This document shows, piece by piece, positions 11,073 through 24,229 of a stretch of DNA of 64,000 nucleotides. Location: assembly GCA_965112155.1 (NCBI GenBank), contig OZ218106.1. One strand, given 5' to 3'. The notes under the pieces are model-generated. The model was not told the origin of the DNA and ran no database searches. It was given only the letters and a program-made list of their open reading frames with translations. Position 1 is the stretch's first letter. Each line of letters opens with the position of its first letter. Origin of the DNA: Podarcis liolepis. Its lineage: Eukaryota. The position numbers were made by a program, and so were the translations under genes.

Positions 11073-11446
11073 AGAGAAAAATGTTGTTATTCCCTATAAA
11101 TAAGAATTGAAAACTGAAGACTTCCCCAGGCCAAATTTCATGCTTAAAATGCGAAGGCTACTTGTGTCTCTACTCATTCTACTGCTTGAGATTCACAACA
11201 GAAATACCAAAAAGGTTTGTTTTAAACTGTAGGGCTAGACTAGATTAACAGTTCACCTTTAACAGATCCCGTTTCAAACTCCTGTGTTTGAGTAATCTGG
11301 ATTATGGATGTTGTACTGAGAACATCTGTCTGTCTATATTCAAACTGAGAATGTTTCCAGAAAGACAGGTACAACGTCATTCAATGACACTGTACTTATT
11401 CCTCAAAGCTTTGGCCTATCAAATAGGCAAATCATGCAGTGCTAAC

Positions 11447-11785
11447 CTGGGAGCGGTTGTTGCTGGAACGGTGGTTGTGGAACAAGATGTCATTTCATGC
11501 CCAGGTGAGGAGATATTCACCACTCTGGTAATTGGCTTCTCTGCTCTTGTGCAGTTCAACTGAGAAGTGTTTTTTCCTGCACGAGCAGAGGCTGCTGCTT
11601 TCAAGAGGTTTTCTGCAGAAAGTGACACTCGCTCCAATGACTTCTCATCGGTGGCGATTGATAAATCTTCACTGCCACATTCACTTTTGTCATCAATAAC
11701 CACAATGTTTTTGGGCATTTCCTTGAACTGATATACAAGTCTTTGTCCTTCAACTTTTGCCAGAATTCCTCTTTGATAGTAGTAT
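11447..11785 (-). CDS. ELF2: ELF2 exon, C-terminal part of ETS domain
   Basis: Acceptor ccccttcag|A and donor AG|gttagc. Encodes (R)[31 protein letters not shown]...ATTAPR. Confidence 0.97.
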
Positions 11786-12265
11786 CTGAAGGGGAGGGAA
11801 GTACAAGAAAGGTTTATATGATGTTCATATGAAGCACCTTCATATGACGTTTATAACCATCAAGAAACCCTTGTTGGGATGACCAGAGTCTTGTTTTCCC
11901 CATCATAAATTACCTATCTTTTTGTAATCAGCTTTGAGGTGGGGATTGTTAAAAAAAACCAAAACACCCTATCAAGCGGTATATATATTTAAAAAATAAA
12001 TGAATACCCCCTACATATGGGATTATAAAAAGCATGCAAGGTAAAAAACAGAACATTGTTTTAATAATTAATGCTGCTGCCACAAAGAATAAAAAAAACT
12101 AGAAACAAACAGGCTTAAAAAGCGAAATGCCATTTTATCAAATAAAATTCTCCCCAAAAAAGCCTGAAGCAAAGTTTCAAATCAGCTATAACACAGTGAT
12201 TTGTTTAAAACAAAAAAACTTCAACATTCTTCATCCCACCCCCACCCCCATTTTCTTTCTTTTTA

Positions 12266-12487
<222 letters not shown>

Positions 12488-14932
12488 TTAATCTCTTTAA
12501 AGATCTCTAAAACTGAAGAAGAGCGTTATATTCTTACACAACTAGCTATTACATTGGCCTATGGTATGTGAGCACTTGTTTTTGAAACTTGAAGAAATGG
12601 GTTCAGCCCATGTGTAAGGGAGACAGCTGTGGAAGCACAATTAAACTAAATTCTGGTAGACAAGAAAGTAAAGAGTGGGGTTGGTTGCCAAAAATGTCCA
12701 CATGATGCTAAATCAAGTTCTTTGCAGACACTAATGCCTTTTCCCTCCTGTCTGTGGTTTTTAGTACTGGAGCTTCTGAGCTTCCGGGCATTAATTTTTT
12801 CAATGGGTCTCAAACAAACTCTGTTCCTCCCCAAATAGCCAATCCTAATGATCTTATCAGGAGTTTTTGGTGATAATGAAGCAGGATTACTGGCAATGGT
12901 GTGTTCGTCAAGAACAAACTAATCTGGCTCAGCTCTGAAATGTTTCTTAAAGGATTTTTATTAGAAAGCCTGAAGAATATAGTTTATTTTAAAAACTTTA
13001 TAAGAGTATTAGAAATCACCAGTATATCTTTTTTCTGAAATCAATATATAATTCACTCTTCTTCTAATCTAATTTTTTTTAATCTTCCAGCTCTAACCTT
13101 GTTTTACATCTTCCAACTTTAACCAAGACTTCTAAGCAGCAGGAAGTTGTCAAGGAAAGATGAATATTAAGATAACCAAAAACCACCTTGCAGTTCTAGA
13201 CACTTCTACATACTTACTAGGAAAAATATTTAAAACAACTATACGCTTGAATTTTACATAAATTTCTCTTTTAAGTCCCTAAAATATCAGAATTCAGAGT
13301 TACTGTGTAGCTACCGATTATTTTGTGGAAGAGTGTCCCTGTTGAGATACCAGTGCTCACACTTTGTACTTTCCAGAAACAATTGAGAACATTTTTGTTC
13401 AGACAAGTTTTTCTAGCTGGAAGCAAGTTTCTGCCTTGCATATTAAGTCTGTATTGTTTTTAAATCTAGTTAGTTAGTTGTTTGTGTTTATGGTATAGTT
13501 GTAAATCACTTTGAGATGCATGTAAATAAGAGCATCATCTTTTTGCTGGAAGTTCAGTAGGGGGCAATCTACCACTAGAGTCCGTCTCTGAATACACAAG
13601 TGTTCTGCTTCCATGAGCTGAACATACTGTGCAAGGTCACCTCAAATAAACTGAGGGCACACACTACTAGGGAGATGGTAGCAAAATGTGATTTCAGAAC
13701 CACTTAGGTTCAGCTAACAAAGAGAAGTTGTTTTTGAATTTCTGAATGTTCATTCTGGGCCACACTCACTCTTACTCCCTCATACCTCTCCAGCACTAAG
13801 AGGATATTCAAAACATGACAAAATTAACTTCATCTGGGCATTGAGAATCACCAATTCAAGCAACCTTACAGAGGAAAATAATCAGGCATTAGCTGAAGTG
13901 AGCAATGACAAGTCATCAAGTGAGATTAACACATCATCACAGGTCAACATTAATATCGCATGATAAAATGTTATTCCATCCCTAAAAAGCTTTTTAAAAA
14001 CAACCACCACCACCTTTGGCCAGTGGCAAGAAAGCTGTAGCAACCCCTATGTTGCTGAACTCCAACTCTTGGGCTTGGGTTACTATTATTGATACTAAAT
14101 TTTTGTATCTTTATTTTAGCTCTTATGATTTATGTGGAAATTGTTCAATTTGGTTGTGTACTTTTCAATGTTTTACTTATTGTCTGACCTAATGGTCAGG
14201 GGTCCCTTTACCTTGACCTACTTATTGTTTACGACTGCTTTTGTTATGTTTGCAATTATGTAATTTTTAAATGCCTTGAGTGTGGTTTAACTTTGGGAAG
14301 GCAGCATACAACTAAAATGACTGACTGAGATAACTCTCATCAGTCCCAGCCAGCGTGGTCAATGCTCAAAGATGATGGACCACGAATCCTTCATTTGCTC
14401 AGCATCAGGCTTCTGGAATATCACTGTTTTTAGCAGCACAAAAAAGCAGGCCACACCACAACAGAATGGTATCTTATAAGAATAGCAGTCCTGTGCATTG
14501 CAAATATCTGAAGAAACTCTCCCAAACTTAAGACAGGACTACCTCAGTTGCCTGCTGAGAAGTTTTAAGCTACATATTTTCCCTAGGCACAGCTATTCAA
14601 CCCACTATGACTGAACAGGAACACAAATACTCTGCATGTCTCTGGCTGCAGTGGCAAATCTGAAGTGAGCAGCACACCTTCCAGCATGTTTGAATGAGTG
14701 TATGTTCAATTCTTACTTATAGAAGGTACCTGGTGCACCAAAAATCTAGCAGCAAATAAACAGTTTCAAGAGTTTGCAAGAGACACATCAACACATTTAC
14801 ATTCAAAAGAAAGGTTGCAACCATTCTTAATAGAGCATTAAGGTATTGTTGCTATGTAATCAAAACACTGAAAATATTAATACACAAATAATATAAACAA
14901 TATAAAATGTTTTTTAAAAATAACTGAATTAC

Positions 14933-15022
14933 CTTTGCCTTCTCTTGGCTTCTTCTTTATACTCAGGTCTGGAGACGCACTGGAAATGGCTGGTGGCACT
15001 TGGGTTTTTGGCTTACGGCCAG
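14933..15022 (-). CDS. ELF2: ELF2 exon (basic, NLS-like segment)
   Basis: Acceptor tttttgcag|CT and donor G|gtaatt. Encodes (A)GRKPKTQVPPAISSASPDLSIKKKPREGK. Confidence 0.95.
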
Positions 15023-15409
15023 CTGCAAAAACAGTTGGAAAGACTGAAATATGCACGGAGAAATGTTTCACAGCTTGAGTCCTCTCACAGCTTAGGTTCT
15101 CATTCAAATCTAAATAATGGGCCATTATCTGGTGCTACACTGAGATGCTGGCAACATGTCTCACAAATCACAATTTTATCTGATGTTGAGTTAAGCAGAA
15201 TCTCTGTCACACTTACATGTTCTAAAAGAATTCCAACAATTAAACTAACATGATAATCATTCCCCTTGTGTAAATGATTTATATGACAATGATCCATCCA
15301 TGAACATAAATGTTATTTCTATGGTATAAACCCCCTTCCACAAAATTTCTAAGACTTTTATAGATCTGTTGTGAGGTTGGATGAGATCAATTACGTACTA
15401 CATATGTAC

Positions 15410-15583
15410 CTTTCTTTTTCTTCATTGGCTCATGGATCTCTGGAGATGTTGGAATAGGAGATGTATCCATTGGTTCAGACTCCTCAGTTGATACCTCCAC
15501 TACTGTTTCTGTAATGACATCTGGCCTCATAGCAGCATGAATGAACTCTGGAGTTGACACACAAGGTGGGACAAAAACTTCCA
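15410..15583 (-). CDS. ELF2: ELF2 exon (with alternative internal acceptor at 15547)
   Basis: Acceptor ctttctttag|TG and donor G|gtacat. Encodes (V)EVFVPPCVSTPEFIHAAMRPDVITETVVEVSTEESEPMDTSPIPTSPEIHEPMKKKK. Confidence 0.96.
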
Positions 15584-16691
15584 CTAAAGAAAGCAAATAA
15601 ATAAATAAGATTAGGCTTTGGCTTAAATCCAACAAAGAAACTGCCTCATCATTTGAAGAACAAAAACAAACTAGTTTCCCACATGTATCACAATACAGGA
15701 TAAGATATAATACAGTAAGTAACAGAACCGGAGGGGTTTTTTCTTTTCTTTTTAGGTATTACCAAACACTTGCTTCCCATAAATGTTCACTTATATGAAA
15801 TGTTCATATAAATTCAACTTTCAAAATGACTGAACCCTGTACTTTTCTACATTGTTTCCATTATACTTTGCGTATGATTTGTAAATTGAGAAAAAGCAAG
15901 TAGTTGATTTTCTTTTCAGAATGAAACCCAGTTCACGATTACATGGGTTAGGTCTCAGTCTCAAATAACCATTGTAAAGTACAATTCTTTAATAAGTCAT
16001 TTCCCATCTTTTTTTGAGTTTTGTCATGTGAATATGAAATTATAGATCCACAGAAAATGTTGCAGTATGACAGGCCAGAGGACAATTATAATATTTCCAA
16101 TGTCCAAATTCAATTTAAACCTGCCTGTTCAAAATCTCTTCAGTAAATGAAAGAAACCCAAAACACCTGAAAACATGCTATTCCACCACCACCATCAACT
16201 TCAACAGGATTTATGGACCGATTATTAGTCTGGGGGGACAATTTTAATGCCCTGTCATTCTATGCAACCAAATTAAATTTACAAATAATCATCATAATAA
16301 AACTGTGAGTACTAGTTAGCCGTACAGTACAAATCACTAAGATAGTTTGGAAGTGACCTACATGCCTTTCCTTCCCAGGTCACTTAGTATTAGAAAGTAC
16401 TGTACCTGGATCAGGCTCAGAGTGGTGGCTGCTTCAAACAGATTAAAGTAATTCTTTATAGAGAAGCACTTTTGTGTAGGGTTGCACAACACTGCTGCCA
16501 ACACATGCAATATGTAACTTGTAGACCAGTCCTTAAGAGTATTAAAAGCTAATGAATATATCCTTCAGGGGAGCAGACAGCTCTTGGCCCTGAAAGAAGC
16601 ATACTCGCAAATTAAAGCTCAGGTGCAGTTAATGCAAATTAAGCCACTGTTTCAAAGAGGGCAAAAGATTGATTTGTTATCATTGACATAC

Positions 16692-16805
16692 CTGGAGTTC
16701 TAGCATCTCTTAAGCAGGTTGGAGATTCCATATGAAGCAAGGCCTCTGCTGCTTCAATTGTCTTATCCGAACAGTGCACATTGCTGCCATGTACAGATGC
16801 TTCCA
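16692..16805 (-). CDS. ELF2: ELF2 first exon shared by isoforms A and B
   Basis: Not in the ORF track; translated by hand. Acceptor ttttttgcacag|TG and donor G|gtatgt. Encodes (V)EASVHGSNVHCSDKTIEAAEALLHMESPTCLRDARTP. Confidence 0.96.
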
Positions 16806-17329
16806 CTGTGCAAAAAACAACAACAATCCATCACACAAGTAGATTTGGTTCATTGCTTTTTCTTTTCTGGCCTTAAGATTTGTTGGAACCTTACAGTCCT
16901 ATCAATAGGAGCTTGGACATGAGTTACAATTGTGCCTTTCAATCTGGCTAGTAAACCATCTGCATTAAGACTGAATACCTTTGCATTCTCACCAATTCAC
17001 TTGTGTGTTCGTTCAATTAAGGTATTGATAGTCAAAATATTAACAAGAAATCAGTGCTTTGTGAAAGTTAGTCCATAATGGTGAGGAAAGATAAGAATCT
17101 GTCCCACTGCATCAAAAAGGTTCCCCACCCCTGAGTCTTCAATCAGCTGGCATCACTAGTTACAGCTTCATCTAACATCAACTCCAGAGAAAGCTTTTTT
17201 TCTTTTCTGTGCAGCCAACTGTTAACCCCCTATAAGCCACTTATACAGGGGGTCACCAACATTTGAGGACCCTGGGCCCATTTGAAAATCTGAAAAATTA
17301 TCATGGCACACAACTACAAAATGGTTCAT

Positions 17330-17589
17330 AGTGTGATTGCCACCAACTTGGGTGGCTTTAAGAGAGGATTAGACAATGTCATGAAGGATGGGGCTATCAA
17401 TGCCTATAAGACATGGTGATAGTTGTGTTCCACCTCCACATCTGAGGCAATACCAGTTGCTAGGAATCACAGGTGAGCAGAGCTCAGGTCCTGCTTCTGC
17501 GCTTCCCATGGAAAACTGGCTGGCTGTGAGAACAGAGTGATGGGCTAGATGGACCTTTGGCCTGATCCAGCACAGTTCTTCTTATGTTC
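17330..17589 (+). mobile_element. CR1 LINE 3' end fragment
   Basis: ggctttaagagaggattagacaa...gggctagatggacctttggcctgatccagca...cttatgttc is typical of a reptile CR1 3' end. Confidence 0.7.
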
Positions 17590-17687
17590 ACCTCCTTCCC
17601 TTCTTCTGGATGCCTCTTGGCCCTTGCGTGGCTCAGAGGCATTCTAGGGCAAGGAAGGGAAGAGGCTGGAGGTCTGGGCTAGTCCAA

Positions 17688-17838
17688 AGGAGACTGTGGA
17701 CTCTCCTTCCTTGGATGCTTTTAAGCAGAGGTTTGATGGACATCTGTTATGGATGCTTTAGCTGAGATTCCAGCATTGCGGAGATTTGGACTAGATGACC
17801 CTTGGGGTCCCTTTCAACTCTATGGTTCTATGCTTCTA
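17688..17838 (+). mobile_element. CR1 LINE 3' end fragment (second subfamily)
   Basis: ctccttccttggatgcttttaagcagagg...ggactagatgacccttggggtccctttcaactctatggttctatg, with a CR1-type TTCTATG terminal repeat. Confidence 0.75.
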
Positions 17839-17918
17839 AGTGCAAAAGAAGCGGGGGATGAGGACACTGCTACATTGCTATTTTGCATACTAGTTCTACT
17901 TCCCAGCAAAGTCTGGTC

Positions 17919-17921
<3 letters not shown>

Positions 17922-17973
<52 letters not shown>
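17922..17973. repeat. (ATT)n microsatellite, probably a retroelement tail
   Basis: About 17 units, adjoining aaatctgtatcccacc (SINE/LINE 3' end on the - strand). Confidence 0.92.
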
Positions 17974-20900
17974 TGTTGTTGCTAAATCTGTATCCCACCT
18001 TCCCACTAGCTGGTCCTCCAGGATTGTGCTTCATACATGATATGTTTCTTATTTTTTTCCATAAAGGGCAAGAAAAGAATTATTGTTGACATGAGTTTGG
18101 TATTTCTCATTCAAATTGATATCGCAACCTTATAAATTCCGCAATAAAAGAAGCCTTAAAGTGATTGCATAGATGTTTGTAGTAGAATCTTGCCCAGAAA
18201 ACACAACAGGGGGAAATGCTAGATTTTTAAGTAGTCATTGTGATTTTATAAAAAGGCATTTTCTCTTTTCCCCATGAAGATTTTATAAACCAGCAATACG
18301 TAGCCACCTGTTGAGTATCATCCACACATATTAAGGTATACACACACTCTCTCTCTCCAGTTGCTTTTTCCATTTATGGAAATCTACTCAAAGCTAAACC
18401 ATTCCAGCTCTGCTGCCAGCGTCTAATCTATCTTTAGAATAACTACAGTCACCTATCTGCAGTGCCAGTAAGCTAATGAGGATTCAAACCACGGTTTCTT
18501 CACTGGAAGTTCCTGAAGGCTATCCAGTTACTTCAATATTCAAAATTAAATTAGGGAAGAGGAAGAACATTTTCAAAAAATGCTTCAGTCACCAAGACCC
18601 AATTCACACATATGCGTGGCTGCTTGACATTGCAAAAATAGCAACAACCTTTTTTTCAAAAGAGCTCACCACATGACCCAGCAGCCACTAATAAGCAAAA
18701 CTGGCTGTGTGAATCAGGCCGTAGCACTACAAAGAGGAAAGGCTTGGAAAAACACATAACAATAATAAAGGGGGGGGGGGGTTTGGGGGGGGAAGGACCA
18801 GGAATACATGTCTAAGTCATCAAATAAATGCCACAGCATGACTGTGGCACCTGAAAACGTAACTCCAGCACAGCTATTAAGCTTGCTGGTAGCAAAGGAC
18901 ATGGCGCTGCTTGAGTCCCCATCTTTAAAACCGGACGCTAGCAAAGGTTAGAAAGTACTTTTGTAAGTACCAGAGTAATTATTCATGAATTACCCTGTGC
19001 ATCCAGAGCTAATTAGCAAGAAATGGGAAAGCAAAAGATCTCTCAAGTACAGTGCCCTTAGTCCCAGACAAAGACATCCATTAGCCTGTACAGTGAAATG
19101 CTTCATACAACCTGCCATTTCTGCTGTAGAGTTTGGGACTGAGATAGGGCTTTAGGCACATGCTATGGGTTACTTCTCAGATAGTGCACTAAGAAAGAGG
19201 TTCGCATTCAGATTGCTTTTAGTCTTTCTCTAAGCAGCAGCTATTACTAAATGTAAGGCAGCGTACAAAAGAATAAACTGCAATTAACTGTAAAATATGT
19301 GGAAATCAACCAACCTTGAAGTTAATTGCCATCAAATTTAGCACATGCACAATTCCATTCCCTCCCGCTCCTTTCTAAAGAGAGAACAGGAAGACTTAAC
19401 ATTATAAAACATTCAATACTAAACTATAGGACAAATTCTCTAATATACACATCCTCAAACTATACTGACACAGGAAGTTTGAAGCACTGGCAAACAATTT
19501 GTGTAAAAATTGAAAATCAGGTGTAGTACACCCAACCACAATAAAAACAGACAAACTGCACCAACAAAGCCAAATTCTGCACACAATCTGGAAACTTGCA
19601 GAAATTTATCTGCAGAATCTAACAGAGAGTGAGAAGGGTGACAACATAGACTGGAAGTCGTGGAAAGAGAACATAACACCTTTGTGCTCTTTCTCTTAAC
19701 ACGGGAGAACTACTCAAAAGCCTATTTCTGGGGTCTAATACTTAAGCAGAATTTCATGGGTATGAGCAAGATGAAAAAACACTGGCAAGTTGGGGGGGGG
19801 GGCTTAACTGATGAGCATATCTTCTCCTGACAGCCACCGGCAGCAGCAATTTCCCCCACTCTCCCATCACATCCTCAACAGAAAAAAGTGCTGCATCTCT
19901 TGGCATGTTTTAGAACAGAAAAGTAGTGCCCCCCTCCATCAGAGCTCTGGGAAGCAGCAAGTTTCACCCCACTACCCAAATTGTCCAAAATGACCTACCC
20001 ATTTTGCTCACTAGGTAGCATTAGGCAAGAACACAAAACCTGAACAGTGAACTTCCTTGTTTACAGCTCAGGCTCTCAGCTGCTATCTGACCCTCACTCT
20101 TATAGGAGACACCTTAAAGAACAGGAGGAGAACCTGTGGCCCTCCGTATATTGTTACCAACTTCCAGAATGAGTATTGTAGTCCAGCAATTGGAGAACCA
20201 AAAGTGCTCCACCTTCCTATTAAAAGTTCCCCAGCAATGAGGTAATTATGAACTACTGTACTTGTGAAAAGCTAGCGAATACCTCACCTGGCAAGAACAT
20301 GTTTTATAGAATTAGTAACGGAGTATCACAACTGAAGCAGACATAGAAGAGCTATGAGAATAGACTTGTTTTCTGAAAACAAAGCCTAAGCCCTAAAGCT
20401 GGCCCTTCCTGTAAAGAACTTGTTGTTCAAATAATGTTTTTATATATTTTTAAAAAAAGGTGGGCGTTATTCAGAAGGCATCTCCAAGGTCCAAAAAACT
20501 TTTTTAAAAAATTAAGTTGACAACTTGCTCTTAGCTTCAACTCAAGTTAAATTTCTTTAAGAATTTATTTTTCCAAATCAGTGCAATGTTTCAAATCTCC
20601 AATACTTGTTATTTTAGTTGATTTTAGTTGATTTAGTTGAATGAAGCTCTAGGACTTCATTCAAACATGGAATAAATCACAACTGTTAAGAACAACCTGG
20701 TGAGCCGCCATCAGCCAGCTTCTCAGTGGTGTCCCTCCTCCTCCAACTGTCACTGGAAGAGATTCTGAAGGACCATTTTGCCCAGAGGGGAGTAAAGAAG
20801 CAGCAGTTACAGCTTATTCTAATCTAAGCAAACAGACGTCATTTCCATTTTTTTGTAACTTTTGTTTAAAAATTGATGCTTGTTGGTGTAATGCTCTTAT

Positions 20901-23900
20901 GTAAACTGCTTTGAAAGACATACCTGAAAAGTGGTATGTAACTACCATAAATATATAAAAATCCTACAAAATGCAGTTTTTTGTGCAATTAAATCGCTCG
21001 ATAGGCCATGGTCTACTGCTCACCCACCCATCACACCCTGCCTTTGGATCACTCCTGGTACAGTCATCAATTATTCTTGCTGCCAGCCAGTAGTATTATA
21101 CCATGCTCTCCAATGATAATGTACAAAACACACATCTGCACAGCATCACTGTGATATAATCAAACTGATCTCCATAAATATTCCAAGTGTTCCACCGGTG
21201 CCACATATGTCCAGATATGGCGGTAATATTTTTTTCATATTTATCTAGAAATATGGAAAGCACTAAAAGCTGGACAAAAACATGAAATAACAGTGGAACA
21301 TTTGAAGAGGAACAGCAAGGCGGGAGATGCACAGATATTGTTTGCCCAGCTGGACCTGCAGGTGTTATTTCTAACGTAATATAAGTATTCCATAGAAAAG
21401 CATAGACCTGTAGTTCCTGTCTTATGATAGCTTTTCCACGTATAGCAAAAATACTCAGATTTTTTAAAAACTACAGCTTTATCTTAAAATTGAGTATGAG
21501 CTTATTCTATTAAACTTTTCAGTATTCATAGCATTTTTACTCTTGATTTTGATATCTCAGAGAGTATGCAGTAGTATCACTTTGTTACACTGGCATTCAT
21601 ATCTTCTTGTCATGCCAAAGCAACCTTACTTAGTAGAAACTCAGTATCATGGATGGAATTCAACTAAGTTTTACTCATGAAGCTCATTAATTTCTATGGG
21701 TAGCATCCAAGGAAATATTAGTTGAAACATTCTCCAGGATTACTTGCAGGGGGAAATACGTCTTCTAAATCCACAGCAATTACATAAATCCCCAAATATT
21801 CATGGCATCACATCAACTATGGACAATATATACAGATAATGTATATAGCAGTAACGTGGATTTTCAAGGGGGTGTGTATGAATTTTCCTATCCAAATTAG
21901 GGTCATTAGCATTGCACTGGAAAATTTTCTGCTGCAGGGCTAGGAAACCAGGCCTCCACCAGGGCTTCCCATTAGACCTGCAAGGGCATTTCAGCAAAGC
22001 CACACCTGCTGTACAGAAGGCACCAGTTACTAGCATAGGCAGTACAACAGTTATGTCTACAAATGTTCAACCAACTCCTCTTCCTTCTCCCAACCGTAAC
22101 TTGTAAGGTTGGTAAGTATAAAGAGCAGCTACTCCTTCATGACAATTAGCCCCATGCTTCAGCTCCATGGATATTGCATTAGGAACTGGGAGACTTGTTC
22201 AAATCCTGCTCCCCAGTAGATGGCACCATTCCCTATTCTGATCTTTAACATCTGTCCAAAGACAATGTTTCTGTACAATTCACAATTTATCTGCATAGGC
22301 TCTTGTTACAGTAGTAACTATTTTGCAATAGGAGGGACTGGAGGCAGGAAGTGACATGGTGGTAACTGAAAACAGAAACGGGCATGTGCAAAATGAAGAA
22401 ACTCTGCTCTATGGGGTGGCTCATGGTCAAGGGTGCTGCATTAGGAAGTAGGTAACACTAGTTCGATTTCTGCTCCTGGGTGAAGCTATAGTCCTAGTCC
22501 CTCACTTGAGCTCCAAACCCTGTAAACATGTACTCCCAAGTTATAGGTAACCAGCACACACACCAGATCAAACTGATCGATTCAGTAAGCAGTGGAATTA
22601 GAGCCCACATTGGGGAAAAAGACACAGCACAAATTCTATTCAAATCATACAACAGTCATAAACTTGCTAGGTGGCACAAGAGCATTTGAGTGCAGGCTTG
22701 TCCAATTCATGGCTTTTCCAGGAGCTTGGAGTCTGCTCTTAAACTACTGCCAGTGTGGTTCTCAACAAAACTTTAGTGTGTTCTGGAGTATTTGGGCAGC
22801 ACATAGGTCAGTAATATCTAGTCCATATTTTAAGCTGTAAACGAACTTTAGTGAGATAAAATCTCTTCACTAATATTTATGGCCAGAATTTCAACTTCCT
22901 AAGAGCCACATATGTTTATAAAGCAGGTAGAACACAATATCTTCAACTGACTGCTTTAGAAAGCCATATTAATAAGTTCTAGAGCCCTGAAGCCACTATT
23001 TGGCTGATCATTTCAAATATAGAAAATACAACCCTACCCCACTCCTGGGTCTTTGTTCCCTAGCTTGCTTCCCAACCCCCATCCATAGGCAAGTATTCCG
23101 GTACCATTCTATGCAAAGATTCCACCCCCAGGCTACCTTTCTTCAGGAGTTCTCATTCCCTCTATTCCCTGCCTCCTCCTCTCTCTCTCTCTCCACCTCC
23201 CTCCCTCCCACTCTCACTTTCCTTCGAAGAGACTGCAGCTCTTTCATTATAACAGCACACAACTCCTTTATATCTAAATCTAGTGTAAGATTTCTCCAGT
23301 CCAAGTAAGCAGTCATTTCCATTGTGGAAGCTACATCATTCTGTACACTGAACTTTCCCCCTTAGTGTTCAAAATATTTATAAATGTTCTGTAACATCAC
23401 AGTAGAAGTAGCTTATCTGCGGCAAAAAGCAAAGTGAAACAGCAGGCAAGTAACTATATAACTCTCTGTAGTAGCAACTGGGTATGCAGCATGAGGATAC
23501 ACTTGGAAACCAAACCAGGGGAAACCAAACCTTTGATTAAAAAAATAAAAGTTTACATGTACAGTACCCTCATGCTACAAAGGAACCATAGAAGCAAAGA
23601 GCAGTGCACAGACATAAACCCCCAGGCAGCCAGAACAGAAAACTACTTCTACTGAACACCAATGTTGTTGGTTTCCTCAACACTGGTATGCACATGAAAA
23701 AGGAGACGAGCATATCCACACTGCCTCACAGAAAGAGTCTCCTGACTAAATAAGAGACACAAAAAGTAGCTGAAGGCAAAGAAAAAAAAGGCCTGTACAT
23801 CCTTGAAATTCACCTACACTTCACTCTTTTTAATCTCATTCCAATGAAATGGATCCATAAAACAATATAGCTAAAAAAGTATTAATAACTACAGCTTTGA

Positions 23901-23953
23901 GGTTATTTGGAAGACCATGGTGTTCGAATAATAAATTTTTATGTTGGGATAAC

Positions 23954-23995
23954 AAAACCTTTACACCCAACACTAAAACCTTTACACCCAACACT
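23954..23995. repeat. Perfect 21-bp tandem duplication
   Basis: aaaacctttacacccaacact x2. Confidence 0.9.
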
Positions 23996-24229
23996 TGTCC
24001 TTCGCACAATAGTATGAAATTTTGTGGTGTTATTGCTAGAAACTCAATTAAAACTTGTGCGAAAAGCAGTGGTTAGTGGAAATGCAGTCACAAAAGCTAC
24101 TTCGGGGTGGTGCTGAAGCTCTCTCTGTATCATCAACGACGGGTAATTAATTAAGAGGCAAGAACGTTCTGGTCCTAAATGTGCAAAAAAATCCCCGTTA
24201 CCTGTTATCAGATCCAGGAAGATCAGCGC

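Noticed and set aside
17749-18089. Poly-Ile and poly-Tyr ORFs
   Set aside because: Translations of the (ATT)n microsatellite.
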